A DNA stretch of 64,000 nucleotides from NCBI RefSeq assembly GCF_009914755.1, contig NC_060946.1; one strand, 5' to 3'. The stretch is from the human T2T-CHM13v2.0 reference genome, Homo sapiens. Below the pieces are notes generated by a model that worked only from the letters and a program-made list of their open reading frames with translations, made no database searches and was not told the origin of the DNA. Below, one piece after another: positions 1-12,038 of this stretch (its first letter is position 1; every line of letters begins with the position of its first letter). Made by a program: the position numbers and the translations under genes.

Positions 1-482
1 AATTTGAAAAGACTAATTGTCCTTTGGGCTCCAGACTTTGGGTTCTGTGAAACTCAAAATTAATGCATCAAATTAATTGTGTGGTCCCCTTGCTCAGGCC
101 GGTTAGCATAAATTAAATTTCACACTAATTGGCTAAGGTGGAGAGAACACAGTCCTGGTGCTTGGAATTAATGCTAATTTCAAGGATGGTGTTTGGGGTG
201 TGACCTGGGGCATTCCTGGCTTGCACCTCCCTGTATTGTGTGGCCAGTGCAAATCAGCACTCTTGCAGCAAGAATGATTTTGCACAGCCTTAAGCAAATC
301 TAACCCCTTCAAATCCAAGTGTGAGGCCAAAATTAGGAGGAGACCCTGGCAGTTTCCATGGCAGTAATTCCTAAATTTTTTTGTTCATAAAAATCACCCT
401 GGAGCAGGTTGAAATGTAGATTCCTGAATTATGCTTTAGAGATCCTGGTTTGGGGGTCTGAGAGTCCTATAATTTGCATTTT

Positions 483-778
<296 letters not shown>

Positions 779-2629
779 TAGAATTTGCATTTTAACAACC
801 ATCTGAGGTCATTGCCACATAAGTACTTCCCTGGTGCACGGTGTAAGGAACAGCAAGAGAAAGCTCCATGCTGGAGACAACCAGGAACACCCTAGGAGAG
901 TCCCTCATTAATTAACTGGAGGTCCTGACTTGGACCTGACTGGTCTGAGTTCAAATCTCAGTTCTGCCTTTTACATGTGATGTGACTTTGCAGTGCTTCC
1001 CCCAAGCCTTCTTTCTCCTCTGCGTCTATTGAAATGTGCATTTTGGTCTCAGCAGTCGGTGATGCGGTCAACAGGGTGGGAGGCAGATGGGCTGGAGAAG
1101 TGAAACAGATGGGGAGCATGGAATGCACAGAGCAGCCTCAGATTTTGTTCACTCTTTTTGAAAGATGTTTTGTTTTCTGATTACAAAATCAGTTAAAAAA
1201 TCAACAGTACAGAAATGCATCACAAGAAAATTGGAGTTCCCTGTGAGCCCATCCTTCCAGGAAAAAAAAAAAAATCTCAATTAACAGTTTGGGAGTGCTT
1301 TGTTCTGTGCAAACAAAAATGGGATTACACCAAACATTCTATTCTGGAAATTTGCCTTTTTTTCCCCTTTGGCAATATATCTTGGGGATATATTTTTTTA
1401 TGTCAGAACATAGATCTGCGTCTTCCTTCTTCATGGGACAGCTGAATAAATTTTGAGCCTGCCTAAGCTGACAGTACCGAGAGAGGCTAGCTCGGGAAGG
1501 GCAGCTACGTTGCTCATTGTAAGAACCATTTACCTTCTCAGTAAAGATAATGCAGAGTCGCCTCTAAATATCAGTCATGATGCAGAGGGTCCGATGAAAG
1601 AGTGAGGCATTCTAACATCTTCACATGCAAAATTTACAGCAGGAGGACATGTGACCGCACCCAATTCAATGCATTTTACAGCTCAGGTGACCAAGGCTCC
1701 AGAGCAGGAGGGAATGTCCAAGGTGTTAGTTGTTGAGTCTGGACTCGAACCTTGCACCCTACCTCTTTCTTTTTTTTTTTTTTACAATTCTGCTGCCTTC
1801 CATAAGAGGTAGCCTCAGTTTTATGAGCTGCCCTTCTCCTACATAGGGTTGTTTCTCTGCCTCTTAGCCATAAACACTCCACTAATCTATTTCTCCCGTT
1901 ACGTACTCTGCCATATCCTCAAACCCTGAACGCTTCATTTTGGAACGATAATGCCACAGAAGCCCTGCTCATTTGGCATCGGTGGCTGGTCAGTTAATCA
2001 GAAAAAAAAACCAGTGCAGGTGGGAATTCATTTAAAAATTCCTATTTTAAAATTAATTACATGTGTAATTTAAATCACTGCATTTCTGAGGCAGGACCCA
2101 TCCATTTCTTTCTTTCTTAAACCACGCTCCTAATATACAACCGTATGATTTCCAATTTTGGCTTCTTTAAAACAGAGCAAATGGCAAAGTAATTTGAATA
2201 CAAAAACCTAATTTTTTACTTCAAGTTTCTTTTTAGTTGTTGCAACAACACCTATTTGGCAGCATTTTAAAAAGCAGCTTACCTTTATTAATTCCTTCCA
2301 AGGCATTCAACCTAGTTTTCATGGAAACTCTGTCCAGCCATATTTTATAAGTTTATGTAGTAGCTAACTGAATAGATAGCTATGGTAAAAATGCAATAGG
2401 CAAAAACAGTTTGGGAGCACACACATGTGATACTGGATGTGCATGCCTGTCACCTGCTAGAGGCAGATAGGCCATGGGGCCATTGTAGAGAGGTGGTCTG
2501 GTGGAGAGCATTCTGGTGCAGTGGGCATCCATCAGTGTGTCTTACTGAGGGACAGTGTTGGTACATCCAGTGAGATGATTTGCTAAAAGCTGGTTACGAA
2601 GAGATTCCACTAAAATGGCCATTTTTAAA

Positions 2630-2840
2630 ACTGAGCACTTACTACGTGCCAGGCACCGTGCTAAGCTTTCAATGGATTATCTCCTTGAATCCTCAAAAAT
2701 AATGATGTATGTTGTTTTCCCCCCTTTAAAGCTGAGAAAACTGAGAACCAGCAAGGCATCCTGCTTGGTGTAAAATCACACAGCTAGTGAGTGTTGAACC
2801 ACATCAAGACCAATAAAATTCTGAAGTCCATCCTCTTAAC
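2630..2840. mobile_element. MIR remnant
   Basis: gagcacttactacgtgccaggcaccgtgctaag...gagaaaactgag...cacacagctagtgag core. Confidence 0.65.
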
Positions 2841-2970
2841 GAGTTGATTATACTCAAGGGTTGCTTTCCCATGATAGTGATTTGTCCAAAGGCGATCCTG
2901 TGCATGGGGAGAGAAGGGTTGGTGGCTCCATCGAGTGACCGTTCCTTGATCACCCCATTCCCCATCTCAG

Positions 2971-3090
2971 ATTGCTGACTTGACCTCTGACCTTGCCGAT
3001 GAGCGCTTCAAAGGTGATGTGGCCTGCCAGGTGCTGGAGAGTGAGCGGGCAGAGCGGCTACAGGCCTTCCGGGAGGTCCAGGAGCTCAAG
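2971..3090 (+). CDS. MYO18B: MYO18B exon A (120 nt, phase 0-0): IADLTSDLADERFKGDVACQVLESERAERLQAFREVQELK
   Basis: acceptor cccatctcag|ATT, donor AAG|gtgagt. Confidence 0.95.
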
Positions 3091-3518
3091 GTGAGTGGTC
3101 AGGGGTGGCCAGGGGTGGCTGAACACGGTGGCTAAAAATGGTTGGGTCTGCTCCCCGACCCTCTCATTGGAGATCAGTAAGCTTAAGCAAGATGCACAGG
3201 TTGACTGACTGCTGGGCTCAAGGTCCTGGGGGACACTTAGGTCTCCTAAGGCTTGGCCTTGGGGGTGTTATGGGTGGATAGTCCCTGGCTAGAGAGGCGA
3301 ATAGGAGAGGATTGTGCAGAAGGTGGACAGTCTTTGGCCTTGGAGGTGATTTGGGTGAGAAATATGCCGAAGGTGGCTAGCCCATGGTCCTGGATTCTGC
3401 ATGGCTCAGGGCTGTGCAGAGGGTGGCCAATCCGAGCCTTGGAAGCACTTCATGGGTAAGATGACCAGCCCATGTCTTCTGTCCAGCTCTAGTTTAGACC
3501 TTGAGCCCTTTCTTCTAG

Positions 3519-3627
3519 AGCAAGCATGAACAAGTCCAGAAAAAACTGGGAGATGTGAATAAACAGTTGGAAGAAGCCCAGCAGAAAATTCAGTTGAATG
3601 ACTTGGAAAGGAATCCCACTGGAGGAG
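3519..3627 (+). CDS. MYO18B: MYO18B exon B (109 nt, phase 0-1): SKHEQVQKKLGDVNKQLEEAQQKIQLNDLERNPTGG
   Basis: acceptor ctttcttctag|AGC, donor GAG|gtgagc. Confidence 0.95.
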
Positions 3628-3943
3628 GTGAGCAGCCTGGGACCCTTGGGGCTGGAAGGTGATGGACAAAGTTGTCTTTCCCATTTATTCAGTCACTCAT
3701 AGAGCACTTTTTAGGTGCTAGATATTGCACGAGGGGCTGCGACTTTGGCAGAGCAAACAGGCACAGCGTACTCTCTTGGAGCTTACAGTCTAATGGAATA
3801 AGCAGATATTAATCAGATAATCCAACAATATCCCAGGTAACAAATTATCTGTATGATATGTGCTATTTAGTTTTAATGCAAAGAATGATTTTTAAATAGT
3901 GGCTTTATGGGCAAGGTACTTTTATGTTTATGTGAATATTTTA

Positions 3944-4240
<297 letters not shown>

Positions 4241-5959
4241 AACGTAAATTTTGAGGAAGGCTGTCTAGTGGTTAAAAGTTGGAACCTATGAAGTTGTATT
4301 TCTGGATTTGGATTTTGGGGCAAAGAAATTGCTGTGCCTCAGTTTCTTCCTCTTTCAAATGGAGATTGTCTTGGATAATTGATAGAAAATGTTTAGCCAC
4401 ATGTATAGAATAGAGTGATGAATAGCTAATAGCTACTTTACCATTATTATGAGGAATGATGAGATCACAGTTCATCCTTATAGCAACCTGTGGAACAGAA
4501 ACTACTGCTCTCCCCATTCAAAGAGGGTAAAGCTGTGTCAGGCGCACAACAGTTACCAAATGGCGAGAAGGCGAGAGGACTCTTGGTTTTACCCAGGGAT
4601 ATTATACATTTGTTCAGTAGTGCCAGGAGTTTCTGGAGGTGTCCTTCTTATACAGTTTCCTGGAGACCTCGTGATTGGATGGCATGGTGACATCTTTGCC
4701 ACCTTGTCACCGTGCCTCTTACTCTCCCCAGCCTAATGGAGTTGGGTGAGAAGGATATCCAGTGGGTCAGCTTCTATAAAATGTCAGCATTATTCCCTCC
4801 GTGTGTCCAGAGAATTTGTGCCCTTGAGATGTCCAGGGGAATGGAGATCAGGGGTCTGTGGAAAAGAGACAATGAGTATTTATTTTCTGTTTCATTCTTG
4901 TTCTTGTTATCCTGGCTACCCCCGTGGCAGGCATTTAGCAGGGAGGTTAATACAGATGAGTTTGAGGCTCTCTTATAAGCGAGACCCAACAAGGTAGGGT
5001 ACACATAGAGAGAGGGGAACATGTTGGTATAAAATCAGTAGTGTGGGACAGTCTCTGGCCTTGGAGGTAATTTCTATAAAATCCCCAGAGGGGCGCCAGT
5101 GTCAGTTCCATCTGCGTGAAATTCATGTCTAAATAATGCTTCCCAGTTTGTTTTCCTCTGTTAAGATTGGGGTGTTAATGAGAGGGGGACATGTGCTTAG
5201 CTCATGGGCACATTAGTCACAATGCTATATAGGCTCTCAGCTCTGGATGCTCATTCCAAGAAGCCAACCCACAAATATTTTGTTTTTCATTATGAAAGTA
5301 ATACATACTCATTATAGAAAATGTCTAAAATATAGGAAATTTGAAAGAAGCAGTAAAACATTTTAATCATATCATCGCAGTGGTACCACAACCACCTCTA
5401 TGGTTCAAGATGGAGTATGAATTATTTAAAAAAATATGTTTTCCTTTATGCATGGCTAAATATTTAAAGAGAACCTTTTGTGATATGCACTCAGCGTGGA
5501 GCTGGACACTGTGGGGGTTACAGAGGGATTTTAATTGGGCCCTGCTCTCAAGATATTCACGATATAAATGGGGATATCAGGTAAACTCAGGAAAACATGT
5601 TGATTAAGGGTGGCACTCATGGGCAGGGAGGTTGAAGGTAGAGATGAGCCTTGAAGGAGAACAGTTTCCCCTCTTGTTCGTGTTGCCCACTCATGCCACT
5701 TGCTCTATAGCACATCATAGCACAGAGTACATGGGAAGCTGCAGAAATGCTTTCTGCTGCTGCTTCTTACTTTTGCAGTCCATGCTGCTTGTGATTGTGA
5801 GGCTTTTCCTGGTGGAGAGATAGTGTGCTTTTCCCATCATGATGTTTTTACCTTGGTGGAAGCTTGAACAAGCTTTAACTCTTTATTATTATACCATCCG
5901 TTATTTGGTTAATGATGTAGAAATCTCTATTGAGGTCACCTCTTTCAAGAACTTAATCC

Positions 5960-6255
5960 TACCATCCATCCATCTATCCATCCATCCACCCATCCACCCA
6001 TCCACCCATCCACCCATCCACCCATCCATCCATTTATCCATCTGCCCATCTACTCACCCACCTATCCATATACCCTACCACTTATTTATATATCAATCCA
6101 TGCATTCATCCACCCATGCACCCACTTCTCTGTCTACACTAACATCCATCCATCCATCCATCCATCCATTATTCCACCTATCCAACCAACTATTTATCCA
6201 TTAATCCTCCACCCTATCATCTAGTCAAACGTCCTATCCATTCAACTATCCACCT
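5960..6255 (+). repeat. degenerate (CCAT)n simple repeat
   Basis: ccatccatccatctatccatccatccaccc... Confidence 0.9.
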
Positions 6256-6524
6256 TTCCAGTGGAAGTTATTGAGCATTTACTATATGCTAGGCATTATA
6301 GCATATTCTAGGAACACAATGATGAACAAAACAAGTTTGTTGTCTTATTAATTTTGGTTCTCTTCTGGATTTCTATAAGCTTCTTTATGAAAGCCCTGAT
6401 CATACTAGGCTTCAGCTGTCTTTTTACTTGTTTCCCTTGCTTGATTATTCTGGAAGGTGGGTGGATATGGCTTCTTATTCATTTCATTATCTTGTACAAA
6501 GTAGTGTGCTCAATGAGTGTGTGA

Positions 6525-6575
6525 ATGGATGGATGGAAGGATGGATGGATGGATGATAGATGAATAAGTGGGTGG
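6525..6575 (+). repeat. (ATGG)n simple repeat
   Basis: atggatggatggaaggatggatggatggatgatagatg. Confidence 0.85.
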
Positions 6576-7370
6576 TCTCTATCTTTGGTCATCCACTTGT
6601 GGAATGTTTTCCACAACTTCATTAACTTAATGGGCATTATTCTATTATTCAGATAGTCAAAAGATAAGACATCTTAGCCTAAAATATTCCATTCTAATCA
6701 GTCAAACAGTTTTAATCAAACCAGCCAATAATTTTTTTGAGATGTTTACCAAATCAAGGGATTTGGTATCCATCTTATCTTGTGGAGACATCTTCTGAAC
6801 AGTTTAGTAGAGTCTTGAATTATTGCTAATTTACTTATTTGTTAATTGCACCAACAGCCAATGATTATATACTCTGTACAACCCAATAAAGTTGGCCAGT
6901 AGGATGACTCTTTTTATCTGATTATTGTATTAGGTTCATTAAGCAATCCATGAGCTTGTATCAACATGTAGGGGAATCTGCTTGTAGGGAACTCTTCCAG
7001 AGGGTGTGAAGGACTCACAGATGACTGAAACAGCTCCCTTGCCCTTAAGGATTATGAAATTTCCTTGGAAAAGGGAAGATATGAATACACTTATAGAGAC
7101 AACTAAACAGTATAAGGCAACCAATCTTAGAAGAGTGAGCACTCAAGAACTTTAGACAGTTGGAGGTGGTCAGGACAGGCTGCCTGGAGGAAGCGTTATT
7201 TAAAACTCAGAGTTAAAGCATAGTTTCTTGGTCCAAGGTTGAGGCTCAAGGGCTCTGTGAATATTGTGAAATTGCATGCCAAGAGCCAAGAAAGTGGAGG
7301 AGAGCCACTCACACTCTTGCCTTACACTCATTTGGCCTCTTATCCTGGTCTCCCTGACTCCGTTAAACAG

Positions 7371-7495
7371 CAGACGAGTGGCAGATGCGCTTCGACTGTG
7401 CTCAGATGGAGAACGAGTTCCTCAGAAAGCGTCTGCAGCAATGCGAGGAGAGGCTGGACTCGGAGCTGACAGCCAGGAAAGAGCTGGAGCAAAAG
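7371..7495 (+). CDS. MYO18B: MYO18B exon C (125 nt, phase 1-0): (A)DEWQMRFDCAQMENEFLRKRLQQCEERLDSELTARKELEQK
   Basis: tandem acceptor aaacag|CAG|AC (alternative start 7374), donor AAG|gtaaga; overlaps ORF 7385..7567. Confidence 0.94.
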
Positions 7496-8928
7496 GTAAG
7501 ATGTGGGGATAGTCTGGGCCACAGAAGTGTTAGAGAGTGGGCAGGCTCTCACCTCCACTGTGGGTGATCGAGGTATTAGCTGAGCCTGAAGAGGGAGGAA
7601 GAGGACACAAACCCCTTAAGGTTTTTCCATCTCCACTATTATTACAAATGCTGGTCACTGTGAGACATGAAAAATATTGTCTGTACATGTGGATCTTCTA
7701 TCCAGAGACTGCTCTGTGGTGTAAAGAACATGGATATTAACTCAGGATATCTGAGTTCCAGTTCCATTTCTACGTGAACCTTGTGGAAGTCACTTTAACT
7801 CATGTTTCTTATCTATTACATAATTATCAGCGGTCTCAAAACCTTCACATTTCCCTGTTGCCTCTGTTCTAATCTGCTACCTTCATCTCTCATCCAGACC
7901 AAAGCAATAGCCTCCTAGCTGTGCTCCTTGCCTCTGGCCTCTCCTCTCAACCACCTGCCACACTGCAGCCAAGGAATGTTTCAGGGTCTCTTTCAGATTG
8001 TTCTGTGATCATAAAGTATGCTGACTCTCATGTTGGATTTTTTTCCTTGTGTGTTTTGTAAATTTCGTTTTTGAGCTCATCTTCAACAGGTTTCTGTGCT
8101 CCTCCCCCAGTAGTCACAGGTGTTCTGCATTGTGGAATGTTTTTTTTTTTTTCCGCTCCCAGTGAATTTTTGTGTGTGTATTTAGCTATTTTTTATTGTG
8201 AGTTCACCTTCAGCAGGAGATTTAATTTTTTTAACATTCTGTTGACTTTGATGGGAGCCCTTTGATAACAGGGTCGTGGGTGTGTTCTGCTAGAAGAAAC
8301 CCTTTTTCACTTTCTTTGGCAGCAGTCCTTGAGATAATGCTAAATTCTTGGTCTCAGATGTTTTGCGGCATGTAAAAATTGTCAATTGGATCTCTAAACC
8401 CACATGAGGCTTAGACCTGGGGTTTAAAATTCTTACGAGAGTACTTCTTGCCCCACCTAGATCCAGGGTGAAAGCAAGCTTTCTTACCACCTTCCAGGCC
8501 AGCAGGTGGAGCTTTTATTTTCTCTTCTCACTGAGGTGCATGCAGTTCTTTGAGGGGTTTGTCAATGCAACGGTCTTCATTCCAACTCTTCACCTTCCAT
8601 GAGCCCAGAGCCTTGTCTCCTGTCTCTGTCTGGGCATTGAAACACAAACCTCTATCCTAAAGGACACTTCTGGATCTATCAACTGCTCTTCCCCCTCATC
8701 CTGGCCGCCATAATATTAGTATGTACCATTACTGTTAGGGCTTTGTGTCCTCTGCATTTCTGATATCCTGAAATTTCCTTCTTTCTTGAAGGTAACATTA
8801 CAAATCTAATGCAATCTTATCTATATATAATATATTTTTATCTAGCCTTTCTAGGTGAATGTACAGATAGTTTGGTCTCTCTGCTTGTCTTCTGTGGCCT
8901 CCAACTATCCCTCGTCTACACTCTAACA

Positions 8929-9135
8929 AATGGTGTGCTAGTAAATGGCTCCCTGGAAAAAAACAAAAAGCCCTGATTTGTAGCACTTGCCAATTTCCCT
9001 GGTGTAAATACTCCCACCATGGCCAATTTCAAACTACCACTGTGATGTCACTAACATGGAATTTGAAAGGGATGCACAGAATTAGCTCTGTGCATCTCTT
9101 TCAAGTAGGTACCAGCTGACTCTGGCACACCACTG
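8929..9135 (-). mobile_element. MER63A-like hAT DNA transposon fossil
   Basis: terminal repeats (c)aaatggtgtgct...gcacaccactg; internal ggtgtaaatactcccaccatggcc and gccctgatttgtagc. Confidence 0.7.
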
Positions 9136-10505
9136 ATTCCAGCCACACTCAGTTTTTTTTCTTCTCCTTCCAAAAATGCCTGATTCTTTCTCACCTCTGG
9201 GACTTTGCATGTGCTATTTCTTCTTCCCCGAGCAATCTTTCTTTTTCTCTCCTGCCTAGATATCTCCAACTATTCTTAAGATCTTAGCTTAAATGTCACT
9301 CTCTCCAGAAAGTCTTTGCTGACGCAGATTGGGTTGGGAGTCCCTGAGTTGTCTTCCAAAACATAGGCCTCATCATGTTGTATTATAATTACCTACTCAC
9401 TTCATAGTCTCTCCCATTCGATATCGGAGCCATAGGGTGGAGGTTATATTTGTGTATCTATTCTATTCTCAACGTGAGCAAAAAGTATCATGTGATTGCC
9501 TTGCAGAGGTGGGCCTGGGTGAGATCACATGGGATTTTATAAACAATGGAAGTGACTCTTGATATCCTCTATGCTGATGGTGATGATTTTAGTGGTCGCT
9601 TTCAAGGTGAACATTGCATCGTGGTCCTCAAGAGACATCTTGAACCATAGATAAACACAGATGGACAACTGCAGGAAAGCAGCCCAGTTCTTTAATAACA
9701 AATTATAAAGTTGAGTCAGTTTCCCTGATGAAGGGGGATATTTATGCTACATTAAAAAGTAATAAAACAGCAACCTTTTCTGAGCAGCAGAATATAAGAG
9801 AACATCCCATTTGCCTTCAAATACTGAATTTAGAATTACAGGCTTCATTAACTCAGAGTTTTGCTTATTTAAAGCAATTTTTTAATGAGGCCATTTCTTC
9901 AAAGCCAGTGTGCTGAGTTGCGTGCTCTTTCCCAGATCTAAACTAGGACATTTGGGAGAGTGTTTCCTGGAGGAAGATGCAAGAGTCTTGACTTTTGTTT
10001 GTTTAAGGCCGTGTGCATTCTGGTATTAATTCAGTCCATGCAAAGTGCCATTTGCTGCTTTAACCTTTAAGGCTTGTCACTTGGGATTCCGGGTCAGATT
10101 TTCTAGGTTTGTCATTTTGGCTGCTCTGTGGCTAATCCTCACATATCCCTTCTGATCATGTCGGCTGGTGGGGATATGAGTTATCCGGTGGCTCAGGGGT
10201 CATCAAGTTGAGGCAGGGTAGGTAAAGTCTGTGGGTGCATTGGCTGGAGGTTTATTGAGCAAAAGTAAAATCAACCTTAAGAGATTGATGGAATTATCCC
10301 CACTTTACCTCTGAGCAAACTGAGGCTCAGAAAAGTAGCTTCCTGGAGGTGACCCAGGAGGAAGGTAGTCAAGACAGGGTCTCCCCATTCCAGCATCTGC
10401 TGTTTTCTCATTACACACCTTGGAAATAGCAACTCCTTGAAATACAAAGTAAAAAGCTCGTTCCATGCCCACAGAGCCGGGTAATTCATTCTATTACTCT
10501 TACAG

Positions 10506-10660
10506 CTTGGGGAGTTGCAAAGTGCTTATGACGGGGCCAAGAAGATGGCTCACCAACTGAAGAGGAAGTGCCACCATCTTACCTGTGACCTTGAGGATAC
10601 CTGCGTCCTGCTAGAGAACCAACAAAGTCGAAACCATGAGCTGGAGAAGAAGCAGAAGAA
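10506..10660 (+). CDS. MYO18B: MYO18B exon D (155 nt, phase 0-2): LGELQSAYDGAKKMAHQLKRKCHHLTCDLEDTCVLLENQQSRNHELEKKQK
   Basis: acceptor tactcttacag|CTT, donor GAA|gtgagt. Confidence 0.95.
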
Positions 10661-11998
10661 GTGAGTTGCATCTCTCACCATCACCTGGGCTGCCAGGGTG
10701 GGCTACATTGGAGCTGGCGTTTTCTGGGGTATCCAGGTTCTCCTGACTCCCTCACTTCAACTCCCTTGTTTTGCTCTAATCTTCCTCCCTGTCCCGTCAC
10801 ACCTTATTCCTGTATGGTTCTCCCAAGAATCCAGCAAGAAATTATTCTTTTCTCTTAGCCAGCCTCAACTATGTGGCCAATTGATCTTGTGACCTTGGGG
10901 AACTTTCTTTGCCTTTCTGGGCCTTAACATCCCCATTTGTCGAGTGAAGGGTTTGTTGCAGACGGTCAAGACAGCATGGCGATTAGGAGCCCAGGCATTG
11001 ATATAAAAGTCATCTCATTCAAGTCCTAAAGGTGCCTCTTTCTAGATGTGTGACCTTGAGCAGGTCATTCAGTCCTTCCCAGCCAGATTCCTTATCCGTA
11101 GGTTGGTGATAAGATCGCCCCCTTGTGCTGAGGACTAAATGATGCAGTCAGTACATCTAAGTGGACTGATCCTGGTTCCTCTTCCTGTTGGTGAAAATTG
11201 GGCTAGAGAATAAGGAGGAGGCCAAAATATGGCCTTCTCATTTAGGACTTGGACTCTCAGATCATGTGAGCCATTCTGGCAGAGACTGGGCCTTGTGCAC
11301 CAGCAAGATGCTAATCTTGAATCTGCACGGTGTGGTTCCCATATTTGCATTCCCTTTGGGTTGCTGTTACAGTGAGGCGATGGTGGAGCCTGGATTTGTA
11401 CCCAGATTCGCACACTCATAGGCTTCTTCATGCAAAACCTCAGAACCTGTGATGCTTGGACGCCTTGGCTGTGTCTAAAGTTCTCCAGCTCACTCGGTGA
11501 GGGGAAAGGTATACAGGGGTCCTGTTTTGAGCCAGCCAAGTCCTAATGGAGATGTCATACTAGGCAAATAGGTGGGAAGCAGCCTCTTTTAGAAGGCCCA
11601 TGATAAAATACAGAAAAATGTTCCTGTGTGAGCCAAGATGTGAATTTGTGGAAACTGCCTCCTTTCCAAGAAGTAGGAAGGAGAATTATATTTCCATGGA
11701 GGTGGCATAGATTTTGAACTTGATCTGCATTAAATATTATTTATCTTATTTATCCTACAGCTTTCCTGAGCTGGCTTCTTCATCTGACAAAGGTCTTTGG
11801 GGGATTGTTAGCGTGCTCTGCATCCCCAAAATAAGAAAGATTTATTTTTTGTTTATTGATATCTCACTCTGTTCCCCTTTCCACCTCCCTGTGGGTGCTC
11901 TGGCTGAACCTTACCCCTGCAGTGGGGAAAATGGCTTGGCTCCATCTTGGCCACCTGCTGTGTGTCCTTGGCAAATAACACCACCTCTCTGGGCCAGA

Positions 11999-12038
11999 GA
12001 GTGACTGATGGTTCAGATGAGTGACTGATGGTTCAGAT
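11999..12038 (+). repeat. perfect 20-bp tandem duplication (GAGTGACTGATGGTTCAGAT x2)
   Basis: direct reading. Confidence 0.95.
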
